Shown here piece after piece: positions 20,875 to 30,300 of a stretch of 64,000 bases of DNA (its first letter is position 1; each line of letters opens with the position of its first letter). A program made the translations under genes and the position numbers. Under the pieces are notes generated by a model. It made no database searches. It had not been told where the DNA came from and saw only the letters and a program-made list of their open reading frames with translations. The stretch is from Candidatus Cloacimonadales bacterium (lineage in GTDB: Bacteria; Cloacimonadota; Cloacimonadia; Cloacimonadales; DAONDQ01): contig OY759316.1 of the NCBI GenBank assembly GCA_963662275.1, forward strand, positions 640,001 through 704,000. The letters are read 5' to 3'.

Positions 20875-21038
20875 TTCCCGTAGGGATGATAGATATTAAC
20901 ACTGGATTTCAATCCGGTGATATGACTGAAAATCTTCTAATTCCCATAGGGAAGAAAGATATTAACACTGGATTTCAATCCGGTGATATGAGACCCGGCA
21001 CTTTTCCTCTGAATCTCGCAGAGATGAAATCCCATAGC
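20875..21038. repeat. Tandem X-type hairpin units preceding the IS110 insertion
   Basis: agatattaacactggatttcaatccggtgatatga twice, each after an ATTCCC.TAGGGA hairpin, then aatctcgcagagatgaaatcccatagc. Confidence 0.8.
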
Positions 21039-21120
21039 TTACTATAGGAAGGTTAGAAAATTAAGGTAGAAAAACCTCCCTCGTTGATATACATAGATCA
21101 AATCAACAAAGGAGGTAACA

Positions 21121-22398
21121 ATGATTACCACATCAAAATCTAACCCAAAGAGGTTTTTTGTCAACTCAGAAATGATGCTTGTTGGCATTGATATCAGCAA
21201 GCACAAACACAGTGTGTATTTTTGTGATTTTACAGGTGAACGGAAGCGTAAGCCATTTTTTATTACAAACAATCATGATGGTTTTCAGTATCTGCTAAAA
21301 GAAGCAGAACAGCAAAAGCGTTTGTGGAATCTGAACGAGATTGTATTTGGAATGGAACCAACAGGTTCATATGTAAAGCCACTCCAGTACTTCTTGGAAG
21401 AACGCTGCTATCAAATCCAAAGCATCAACCCATTACACACTAAAAGATGGAAGGATATTGAAGATAATCATCCATCCAAGAATGATTTGAAAGACAGTAT
21501 TATCATTACCTCTCTGTTAAGAATGGGCAAGAGCATCCATCATCGGAGACCTGAAGGTGTTTTCGCGGAGTTGAACAACTATGCAGCTTATTATCACCAG
21601 TTAATCACAGATATTCGCAGGCAGAGGAACTATCTGGAAGCCTCTTATGCCTGTTACTTTCCTGAATTGAGTAACTTTTTCAAATTTAACAGTACGGGAG
21701 TAATGTATATCATGGAGTGTTTTCCTCTTCCTCAGGATATCGTAAATGCAGGATATGAGAATTTTCTGAAGATTATGAAAACAAAAAGCAAAGGGTGCAT
21801 AGCTACAGAGAAGCTTCACAGTTTATATCAGGTATCTCTAACAAGTATTGGCATGAGTCAGGGAGCGGATAGTGCGAGAGTGGTCATAAATGCGATCTAT
21901 GAGGATATCAGCTATAAACAATACCATCTCAAACAAATCAAAACAGCAATCATGACATGTGTAGATAAAATCAGTTATGGATCGTTATTGGTGACAATAC
22001 CTGGTTTGAGTAAAGTATCAGTGGGGTTAATTCTGGCGGAGACTGGAGATATCAATCAATATGGTCGATATCAGGATTTAGTCAAACTTGCCGGATTGAG
22101 TTTAAAACACAATCAATCAGGAGAATACCATGGGCAATATCATATCTCTAAGGTAGGAAGAGTAAGGTTGCGAAGGATCTTGTATATGCTTACTCTGGAA
22201 ATGATTATAAACAATCAATTAATCAATCAGATATATAATTATCAAGTAAAAAAGCGAGGTAATAACAAGGTCAAAACTATCGTTTCTTTGAGCAGTAAAT
22301 TACTGGGAATCATGTACTCAATGGTTAAATATGAAAGGTCGTTTGATCCTGAACAGCGAAAGCTATATGCAGGTTATTTAACTGAAAATAATCAGTGA
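21121..22398 (+). CDS. IS110-family DEDD recombinase/transposase
   Basis: VGIDISK, GMEPTG, KNDLKDS, IPGLS and QSG...ISKVG..LR motifs. Confidence 0.93.
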   Translation: MITTSKSNPKRFFVNSEMMLVGIDISKHKHSVYFCDFTGERKRKPFFITNNHDGFQYLLKEAEQQKRLWNLNEIVFGMEPTGSYVKPLQYFLEERCYQIQSINPLHTKRWKDIEDNHPSKNDLKDSIIITSLLRMGKSIHHRRPEGVFAELNNYAAYYHQLITDIRRQRNYLEASYACYFPELSNFFKFNSTGVMYIMECFPLPQDIVNAGYENFLKIMKTKSKGCIATEKLHSLYQVSLTSIGMSQGADSARVVINAIYEDISYKQYHLKQIKTAIMTCVDKISYGSLLVTIPGLSKVSVGLILAETGDINQYGRYQDLVKLAGLSLKHNQSGEYHGQYHISKVGRVRLRRILYMLTLEMIINNQLINQIYNYQVKKRGNNKVKTIVSLSSKLLGIMYSMVKYERSFDPEQRKLYAGYLTENNQ

Positions 22399-22439
22399 GC
22401 CAAGAAAAAAAAGTAGTCAAAAAATAATGGAGGTGTTTA

Positions 22440-22670
22440 GATTGGTTCACTCGCCGGATGATGTAGTCATTAGGCACTAAGGCTTGTTTACAAGACCTTC
22501 TACCATAGCTCATTATAGCACACCGGCGGGTATTATCTCAGATAGGATAAAGTAAGAATAGGATACCATCAGAAGGTAATCCAGTATATCAGCAAGATCG
22601 GGATGTAGAACCAAGAGAGCTTTGATAAGTAATATTCGATTTAATCATAGAATTCAGATCGAAAATCAGC
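22440..22670 (+). ncRNA. Putative bridge/seek RNA region (boundaries approximate)
   Basis: Lies in the 3' NCR of the IS110; contains ccatagc (left target flank) and tatatcagc (element right end); followed by a strong hairpin. Confidence 0.55.
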
Positions 22671-22673
22671 GTC

Positions 22674-22728
22674 TCTGGAACCCTGCAATGACGCTTCGGT
22701 ACCCTACGCGTCATTGCAGGGTTCCAGA
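22674..22728 (+). terminator. 21-bp perfect stem-loop in the IS110 3' region
   Basis: tctggaaccctgcaatgacgc / gcgtcattgcagggttccaga. Confidence 0.65.
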
Positions 22729-22825
22729 AAGCCAAGTACTATGAATATATTATAATATATAACTATCTAACTATATCAGCCTAACGTGTGAACGTCAGGT
22801 AACATATCCCCCAAACACCATTAGA

Positions 22826-24718
22826 GGAGATGTCCCGAAACTAGCATGATTTTATTTTCTTCTGTTGTAAAATATGTGATTGTTTTTACAGGCAAACTAA
22901 ATTACTCAATAGTTTCCGAAAAGCGATGCAAAGACAAGGAAAAACGGAGTAATATTTACCTAATTCATGTTTGAATTCTGGTAGGAAGAGTCTTCATCAG
23001 GCTTTTCCTTCAGTATTTTGTAAGTGCAGAAACATTTTCCCTATATTATGTCCTAAAAAGAGGAGGGATAACTGTTCCTTGCATTTTCTCAATGAACGGA
23101 CAGTAAATCTCTCAAACTTCCTGTTCCACTTCATGAAAGCAAATACAGCCTCCGGTTCGATGCCTCTTTGCTTTCTCAGCTTGTCGCCTTTTTCAGAAAG
23201 CAGATTATTGACTGTCTGACGTTTTAGTGGAGCTATATGAGGATCGTAGGTCAGTGATTTATGAGTTTTATCCTTGTAGGGAATACACTTTTTATTGTGA
23301 GGACATTCTCTGCAGTCATTACATATATAGGTTTTCACGATTCGTTTCGGACCGTTCTTCTCTGTCTCTTCTTCCTTGATTTTGACCAGTCTCCGATTAA
23401 ATTGACAGACCCACTCATCATGCTCCTCATCATAGCTGAAGCCTGTCAGAAGAGAGTCCCGATAATCTCTCTTATAATCCTGGGTCTTGAGATAGCTTGT
23501 TATCTCTTTTTCAGCAGCATAATTCAAATTCAGCGCAGTGCCATAGGCAGCATCTCCAACAACGTCGGTAGGATATTGTCCCAATTCATCATGCATTTGC
23601 TCCATGAGATTGGGAAATTCAACGGTTTCTTTAGGGATATTGAATAAGTGAATGCCTGTGACAAATTGCTCTGAAGTTCCGATACTGGCAACATAACCCG
23701 GTGCCAGCTGTCCATTTTTCAATCGCATAAATGTGGCATCATTATCAGTCTTGGATGTGCTGCTGCGTCCTTCTCCAATTATCTCAAGCTGTTGCTCATA
23801 TTTCTCCAGCTTAGTTATATCATTGCTCTTTGATTTGGAGATTTCGCGCAAAAGAGATTTGATTTTCTTGATAGCCCGAGTATCTGACGGATGATTTTTC
23901 TGTAGTCGGGACATTGCTTCTTTCAGCTTGTTTTCTGCTGAGACCAGTCTATCTCTGATCTGTTCAGATGCGACTGTAGCAGTTTTCTCTGATTCAACCG
24001 CATGCAATTGCTCACCAAGCTCAAGAAGATCAGCGGTTCCATATTGCTGTTGCTCTTCCTGATTATATTCCTCGATCTTTTTAAACAATCCCTCAACTCG
24101 TGTCTTGACCAGTTCCTGATAACGAAGCGCATTGCTTTTCCAGATGTAGGAATTCTTGCCGGCATTTGCGTGAATCGTCGTCCCGTCAACAAAACAGGTG
24201 TCGAGATCAAGATATCCTAATGATGATGCTTTCAGTACTACCTGATAAAATACATCAATAAGAATATCAGAACACTTAGTCCAGGCAAAGGTGTTGATCG
24301 TTCTGAAATCAGGTTCCTGTTCTCCTGCCAGCCAGATAAAATTGATGTTCTCCCGAACAGCCTTAGCTATCTTCCGACAGGTATAAATACCATTGATATA
24401 GGCATACACAATGATCTTCAACATCATCTTGGGATGATAAGCAGGTGTACCTTCATCAGAGTATCTTGTGTATAGCTCAGATAAGTCCAGTTGCTCAACG
24501 ACATCGTTAACATAACGAACCATGTGCTGGGGAGGTATTCTCTCTTCAATATTAAGTCCATAGAGTGTCCCCTGATTCGGATTGTGCTCTCTGAAATTCA
24601 TAATTCTCTCTATGCTTAGTTTTTAAAGGCAACAATACACCCTATAACAATATGTCAAGTAATATGATTAATATTTAATAGTTGCTATTTTTCTATCATT
24701 TAGTTTCGGGACATCTCC
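22826..24718 (-). mobile_element. IS1182-family insertion sequence, copy 2 (inverted, near-identical to copy 1)
   Basis: Same 18-bp IRs, same 1893-bp length and identical protein. Confidence 0.95.
22997..24601 (-). CDS. IS1182-family DDE transposase
   Basis: Translation identical to 17358-18962. Confidence 0.93.
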   Translation of the reverse strand: MNFREHNPNQGTLYGLNIEERIPPQHMVRYVNDVVEQLDLSELYTRYSDEGTPAYHPKMMLKIIVYAYINGIYTCRKIAKAVRENINFIWLAGEQEPDFRTINTFAWTKCSDILIDVFYQVVLKASSLGYLDLDTCFVDGTTIHANAGKNSYIWKSNALRYQELVKTRVEGLFKKIEEYNQEEQQQYGTADLLELGEQLHAVESEKTATVASEQIRDRLVSAENKLKEAMSRLQKNHPSDTRAIKKIKSLLREISKSKSNDITKLEKYEQQLEIIGEGRSSTSKTDNDATFMRLKNGQLAPGYVASIGTSEQFVTGIHLFNIPKETVEFPNLMEQMHDELGQYPTDVVGDAAYGTALNLNYAAEKEITSYLKTQDYKRDYRDSLLTGFSYDEEHDEWVCQFNRRLVKIKEEETEKNGPKRIVKTYICNDCRECPHNKKCIPYKDKTHKSLTYDPHIAPLKRQTVNNLLSEKGDKLRKQRGIEPEAVFAFMKWNRKFERFTVRSLRKCKEQLSLLFLGHNIGKMFLHLQNTEGKA

Positions 24719-24741
24719 GACATAAATAGCTTAATTTGTTC

Positions 24742-25188
24742 TTATTTGTTATCTTTCTGATCAATCTTCGCTTTCATTAAGGCTGGTAAATTAATTGTTG
24801 GTAATGTATATCTGCCATAAATTCCAAATGAGCTCACATTCCACAAGTAGCCCCGTACTGAATTCAATGTGATTTGAACTGCTGAATTGATTAGACCACT
24901 TTTTTGTTCAGGATTCTCATCAATAATATTCAAATCAAAACGTGAAACAGCCTTTATAGCAACGGAATATCCTGGAAGTTTTTCTTTTATGCAATTCACT
25001 TTTATTCCTATCACAATTCTGAATTCATTCGATTCCTTATTTTGGAACAGGTCAAAATCAATATCCAATGGAAGGTCTTTCAAAGCTTGAGATGATTTGA
25101 GAGCTTTCTCAACAGGAAAGATGGATTCAAGGTTACACGTAAGAACGACAAAGTCCTTTAACTCTAATTCAGATCGTAGAATATCCAT
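24742..25188 (-). CDS. SecB-like chaperone of a toxin-antitoxin-chaperone (TAC) module
   Basis: ~150 aa, beta-rich; C-terminal ...VRGYLWNVSS.....YTLPTINL resembles the SecB R..I...T......LP.IN motif; third gene of a TA operon. Confidence 0.75.
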   Translation of the reverse strand: MDILRSELELKDFVVLTCNLESIFPVEKALKSSQALKDLPLDIDFDLFQNKESNEFRIVIGIKVNCIKEKLPGYSVAIKAVSRFDLNIIDENPEQKSGLINSAVQITLNSVRGYLWNVSSFGIYGRYTLPTINLPALMKAKIDQKDNK

Positions 25189-25191
25189 GAA

Positions 25192-25662
25192 TTACCCCTG
25201 CCCATTAAAGATGACAGTACGTTTTGACAATTTTTTGAATTTATATTGGTCACTCGGTTCTACTACTTCTGCAACTTTATCCATTTGTTTCCATAGATTA
25301 TCATTAACGGGCTTCATGTCACAGAATGTAGAATACAAAGGAGGATTGATCTTGATAAATACATTTAGATTCAGTTTCTTTTTCAGAGTAGCTAAAGTTT
25401 CCAAGTTAATGATCTTGTTGCAACTGAATAGCTGGCTAATATAGGATTTTGAAACTCCTAATTTTTCTGCAAGGTCGTTCCTGTTCATGTTGTTTTCTTT
25501 GAGATAGAAATCAATCTGTTCCATAATAATAGAATTCATGATCATTGTTTCAACTTCGATTTGTTCTTCCAAGTTAGAAGTATCAATCAGATTTGCCAGC
25601 TTATTTTGCAGTTCTATATTTTTACCATGTGATTTCATAATCGTACTCCGCAATTGAACCAA
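25192..25662 (-). CDS. HigA-like XRE HTH antitoxin with C-terminal extension (putative ChAD); start probably 25638
   Basis: MNRNDLAEKLGVSKSYISQLF HTH plus a ~50-aa tail; overlaps the toxin gene. Confidence 0.8.
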   Translation of the reverse strand: MVQLRSTIMKSHGKNIELQNKLANLIDTSNLEEQIEVETMIMNSIIMEQIDFYLKENNMNRNDLAEKLGVSKSYISQLFSCNKIINLETLATLKKKLNLNVFIKINPPLYSTFCDMKPVNDNLWKQMDKVAEVVEPSDQYKFKKLSKRTVIFNGQG

Positions 25663-26047
25663 GTATGTTTTTCAGTTTCTTATCCACGTCTTCCGATTTT
25701 TTATGATAACCGAAAGCCATTATCACTTTCTTTTGTGTTTGTGCCGGATTGAAGAATTCTCTGCAATAAATTCTGAAATTCTGACCTTTACCGGTTTTGA
25801 ACTTCATAGCATAAATTCCCTTTGTTTTTCCTGATATACTCTCATCACCATAAAAATCATCATTATATGATTTAACACCCTTCAAAACCCAGTATAGTAT
25901 CATTTGAAACCTTGTCATATATTGAGTGATTATTGACAAAATCTCCTCAGAATTCTCTATATCCATATATACTCTTACCCGGGTATCTGCAATCTGATGC
26001 TCTCTGCGATAAGAATCTAAGTTAACTTCTGTGTAACTACGTTCCAT
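25622..26047 (-). CDS. RelE/HigB-like toxin
   Basis: GIYAMKFK...NFRIYC...KVIMAFGYHKKS matches the RelE/Gp49 pattern; toxin-before-antitoxin order. Confidence 0.72.
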   Translation of the reverse strand: MERSYTEVNLDSYRREHQIADTRVRVYMDIENSEEILSIITQYMTRFQMILYWVLKGVKSYNDDFYGDESISGKTKGIYAMKFKTGKGQNFRIYCREFFNPAQTQKKVIMAFGYHKKSEDVDKKLKNILGSIAEYDYEITW

Positions 26048-26049
26048 AA

Positions 26050-26067
26050 GTTAACCCATAGGTAAAC
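26050..26067. promoter_or_regulatory. Imperfect palindrome next to a -35 box, candidate antitoxin operator
   Basis: gttaacccataggtaaac (14/18 self-complementary); TTGACG just upstream on the minus strand. Confidence 0.45.
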
Positions 26068-26138
26068 TCGTCAAGCAATAATTTAACTGACATTCTTCCC
26101 TCCTGCAAATTAAAATATATATTCATTCATTTCATATA

Positions 26139-26355
26139 CGGACACCAGGCAGCTCCCAAAACCATAGACTTCTGCCTATCATGCTCTAAATGACATGACT
26201 CATCACAATAGATGTTGTAGATCATAGATGCTCCATTTTCAAATAATTAGAATGCATTCTAATATTAAATCCTGTAAGGATGGCAGAAGATAACCCATAG
26301 CGTGAGCTATGGGTGGCGAAATCCCAAGACCCTTAGAACCCCGCCAGGGGTGACA
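26139..26355. repeat. Repeat A copy 2 followed by an intact X site (26268-26355)
   Basis: aatcctgtaaggatg-N-aacccatagcgtgagctatggg-N-ttaga-accccgccaggggt-gaca. Confidence 0.85.
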
Positions 26356-26369
26356 GAAACCAATCATCA

Positions 26370-27311
26370 TCAAGGATAAATACCTAATCTAACACATTCT
26401 TCAGGACTTGGAACCATACACATATCAATCTGTGAAATCTTGTTATTCATGATCTTGATAAGCATGGTTGCTGATAAATAAATTTTTGTGCCTTGTGCAA
26501 TGACCAAACAATAATCATTTTCTCCACCATGACGAGCCAATTCAGCAAAAACATGAGTTGTACTTTTTCTAATCGCTTCAAATTTATGAGATAGATAATC
26601 TACAAATGTTACTTTACTATGCATTTCATCAAAAACCCATTGCGATGTATATCTTATGTCCTCAGCTAAATACGGTTGAAGTACTGAAATATCCAAGTTA
26701 TTGAATGACTTTGCAACAATGATACATGCGTCTATTAGGCTTAAACTCGAGTTATTGCTGGCTGTTCTTTTTAATTTACAATCACCTGTCGTACCCATAT
26801 AGAATTTCTTCCCTGTTTCTCTTTCCCGATAAACTGCAACTGAATCATCAGTCCCAATGAATTCGAACTTCTTTACGAACTTATCATTTTCACAAAAAGT
26901 ATAATTATGACTTAGTGAATTCTCAAAGACCCATCCATCTGGTGTAAAAACACGTTTTTCTTTGGTATTTTTCATAATACATGCCGATATTCTTTTATCT
27001 GGATCACCTTCCCAATTAATATGTCCAAATTCTGCCCAATCACAACTAATTGTAAAACCGCGCTGCTGATCGACTACTGCCATATCAATCGTTTTCCCAT
27101 CCCTTTGAAAGACTAATCCTTTGCTTTCCAAGAAATGAACATATTTTTCAATAAACTCAGGTGACATAAATCCAACTCTTGCTATTTCTGAATCGCAACA
27201 GAGTGTTTGATTAGGAACATCTGTTTTAAACTGTTCCCATCCTCCAGGATATTGAATCTGAATCACTTCAAGTTTGATTATTAAAGATATTCCCTCAATT
27301 AAGACAGCCAT
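26370..27311 (-). CDS. Hypothetical two-domain protein, C-terminal part SnoaL/NTF2-like
   Basis: 313-aa ORF with GGGAG RBS; FNNLDISVLQPYLAEDIRYTSQW pattern. Confidence 0.7.
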   Translation of the reverse strand: MAVLIEGISLIIKLEVIQIQYPGGWEQFKTDVPNQTLCCDSEIARVGFMSPEFIEKYVHFLESKGLVFQRDGKTIDMAVVDQQRGFTISCDWAEFGHINWEGDPDKRISACIMKNTKEKRVFTPDGWVFENSLSHNYTFCENDKFVKKFEFIGTDDSVAVYRERETGKKFYMGTTGDCKLKRTASNNSSLSLIDACIIVAKSFNNLDISVLQPYLAEDIRYTSQWVFDEMHSKVTFVDYLSHKFEAIRKSTTHVFAELARHGGENDYCLVIAQGTKIYLSATMLIKIMNNKISQIDMCMVPSPEECVRLGIYP

Positions 27312-27367
27312 AATTCTCCCCTATATTATTAATCACTTCTTAAAATGAATAATGTCACTGATTCTAA

Positions 27368-30300
27368 TCATCTGTATAAATCTTCTTTTTTTATCCACCA
27401 AGCTTTTTTAGTCCTGGCATATTTGTAGCCAGGCTTTTGGACAGTGCTCCAATGTAATGTTGCTGAATCCCATTCCCTAATTTCATCTGTACTTAATTCC
27501 TGCGGGAATAACTCTAATTGTGAATTTTGTTCTATCAATTTCTTTAGTGGTTTCTTCTTTTCAGGTTCAGGTTCTATTTTTGGTTTATTGGGTTGGTCTG
27601 GTTTTGGAAGAATTGTATCTATTTCCCCATCCTTTTTCTCAGAAGCAGAAGTCGATGGCATAGCTATAGCTTCGTATTGTTCAAGCATTTCCCATAGTGG
27701 TTTTAATGCCTCAATTCGATTTGAATAATATTCTGCACCTCTGACTCTGAAGAAATTCCACCCACACCTTTCCAGAACCTTCTGTCGCATCAAGTCATCC
27801 ATAAATCGTTCAGCATCATGAAATTTGTCGCCATCACACTCTATCGCTATCTTAGTACCATCCTTTAAAAGCACAACTAAATCAATTCTATATCTTCCCT
27901 TGGCTACTTCATATTGAGGTATAACATTATAACCACTATCAACAATATCATTATATACGTCTACTTCAAACCAGCTTTCATAAGGTTGGGGTTGGTTTCC
28001 ATGTTGGCGTGGTACGTTTTTTGTTTCCATAATTTGCTTAGGACGATAATTAAGGAAATGATCAAGTAGCTTATATCGTAAATCATTTGCATTACTCAAA
28101 TCTTCTAACATGACAGAATGAAATAACCAAACTTGGTCTTTTGCTCGACTCATAGCAACATTAAATCTTCTCTCATCATTAGCACCAGTCAATGCAGATC
28201 TCTGATGATTGTGAGCAGTCACCAAACTCAAAAACATGATATCTCGTTCATCTCCCTGAAAACTTGCTGAATTACCACAAATGATCTTTCTTGCGTTAAA
28301 TTCATTTTCCCCTAATTTGCTAATTAATAATCTTTCGATAATCGAAGCTTGTGCGCTCCCCTGTAAAGCTATTACTCCAAATGTTTTTTCGTTATACTCT
28401 GGTTTACTTATTAGTTCTAACATTTTGTTAGCAATACTTTCAGCTTCAACTTTATTTACAATATTCTGACCCTCTCCTTCTTTGTTCCCTGTTTGACAGA
28501 ACTCTGTCATCAGAGGTGGAAGCCTGTTTTCCGAATATTGTCTGAGTGGATAGAGCCCTTTTTTCTCTGGTGAATAAAAGTGCTTATTTGAAAACTCGAT
28601 TATCTCAGGCATACATCTGAAATGTTCCCTCAATACAGTCATACCGTTACATACTACTTTAGCAAAATCGAACAGACTATACTCGATTCCAAATAATTGG
28701 CTTCGAGGAATATCATGTAAATGTTTTACAATGAATGGATCCATTTGATTTTGATTGATACCAACATACTCAGGATTTGTTTGTTTATCGTCACCAACAA
28801 TGATGATATTTTTTGAAATATAAAGCAGGAAAATAGCATCGGCTCCTAATTGACTTGCTTCATCAATTATCACAAAATCATACATTCCCTGCATAGGTGT
28901 TATCGCTTCTGTTACTTTATATAAGGGCATGATCCAACATGGAATTGAATCTTTGCAGTCTTCCATTTCTTTTTGAGCTTGTTTTCTAAATTTTATAGCC
29001 CTTGGACCTCTTCCTGTCTTCCCTATTTTCGCAACAGCTAAAACCCATGCTGATAAATGCTTTCTCAGTTGAGGATTGCTATTCAAACTTTCGAGCACAT
29101 GAAGCCATGCTTTATTTGAGGACAGTTGTGTAATCAATCTTTCTTCCTTAAGATCGAATTCGTTAATTTCATTCGTGAGTTTTTCTTCTATATCGTCTTT
29201 CATAAGCTCTGAAATCATGCTATATGCATGCTTAAAACAGATTGCGCTGTTTAATGATCCTAAATTCTTTGATTCAAAAGTGCCTGACAATATATCTTGA
29301 ACTAATCTCGGGAATGATTGTTTTAATAAATCTTGTAGCTTAATAAAATTATGGTAAGCAATACTCTCATGATTTAGAGTATCAATTTGAGAAAGATGAT
29401 CTGCATAATTTTCACAAACAATATCAGTAAGGTCTTTAATTAAATCCTTTGCTAATGGATGATTTCTTTCATTGGACAAGTACTTGATTGCGAGTTCATA
29501 ATTTCTCTTATATTCCTTTTCAAAAGAAAGCAATCTGCTATGATCAACATAATTGATTGTTTCGTTGATCTTAGCAGTATTCAAATTACCAAAATCCAGA
29601 GCTATGAATGGTTCAATGCGTGATTTCAAATCGTAGGCTGTTTTGAATAGATTCAATAGATTTGATAATTCCTGATTTAATTGAATATATGATTGAATTG
29701 TTTTTGAATATGATTTATCGCTTTTATCGAAGGGATTTGACCAAAGAATATTCAGTTCTGCAATATCCTGCTTAATTCTCAAATCTTCAAGAACAGTTTT
29801 GAATTCTGAAACTGTGTCACATTGACTTCCGTTCACTATTACAGCTTCAATAAAATATAATCTTTCTTTGATATCCTTAGAGAGTAAGTGTTTCTTTAAT
29901 TTGTATATCATCCCAGACAACTTGTTGCCTAAGTTTTGAAAATTAAGCAATGCGAGAGCATCAGCTTTTAACTGGGTTATATCTTTATGATTAGGATAAG
30001 TAATTATGTAATCTCTTTCGAATTCAAGCAATCTCTGTATAGGATGTTCATTGATCAAACTATTTGTTTTCGAGACCCTTTCGCTCCAGTGACCAAGATT
30101 TTTTGGGTAATCATTGATAATTTCAGATTTTAATATGAAAGCAATCCTTTCAATATTGATAAAGACTTCTTTAAGGTCTGATAGGTGATTGAGTAACTGT
30201 TCGTAATCATTGCTTTCAATTATTACATCTCTTGCTTTCCCTTGATATTTTTCTTTTAACGCATTCTGTATTTCACAATATTCCATAAGATTTCTTGCAG

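Larger units (their letters stand above)
21039..22780 (+). mobile_element. IS110-family element with IS1111-type layout (long 3' non-coding region)
   Basis: AGC present at both junctions (cccatAGC|ttact... and ...tatatcAGC|ctaac); removing the element restores a 72-nt X segment that aligns with 17169-17240. Confidence 0.8.
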
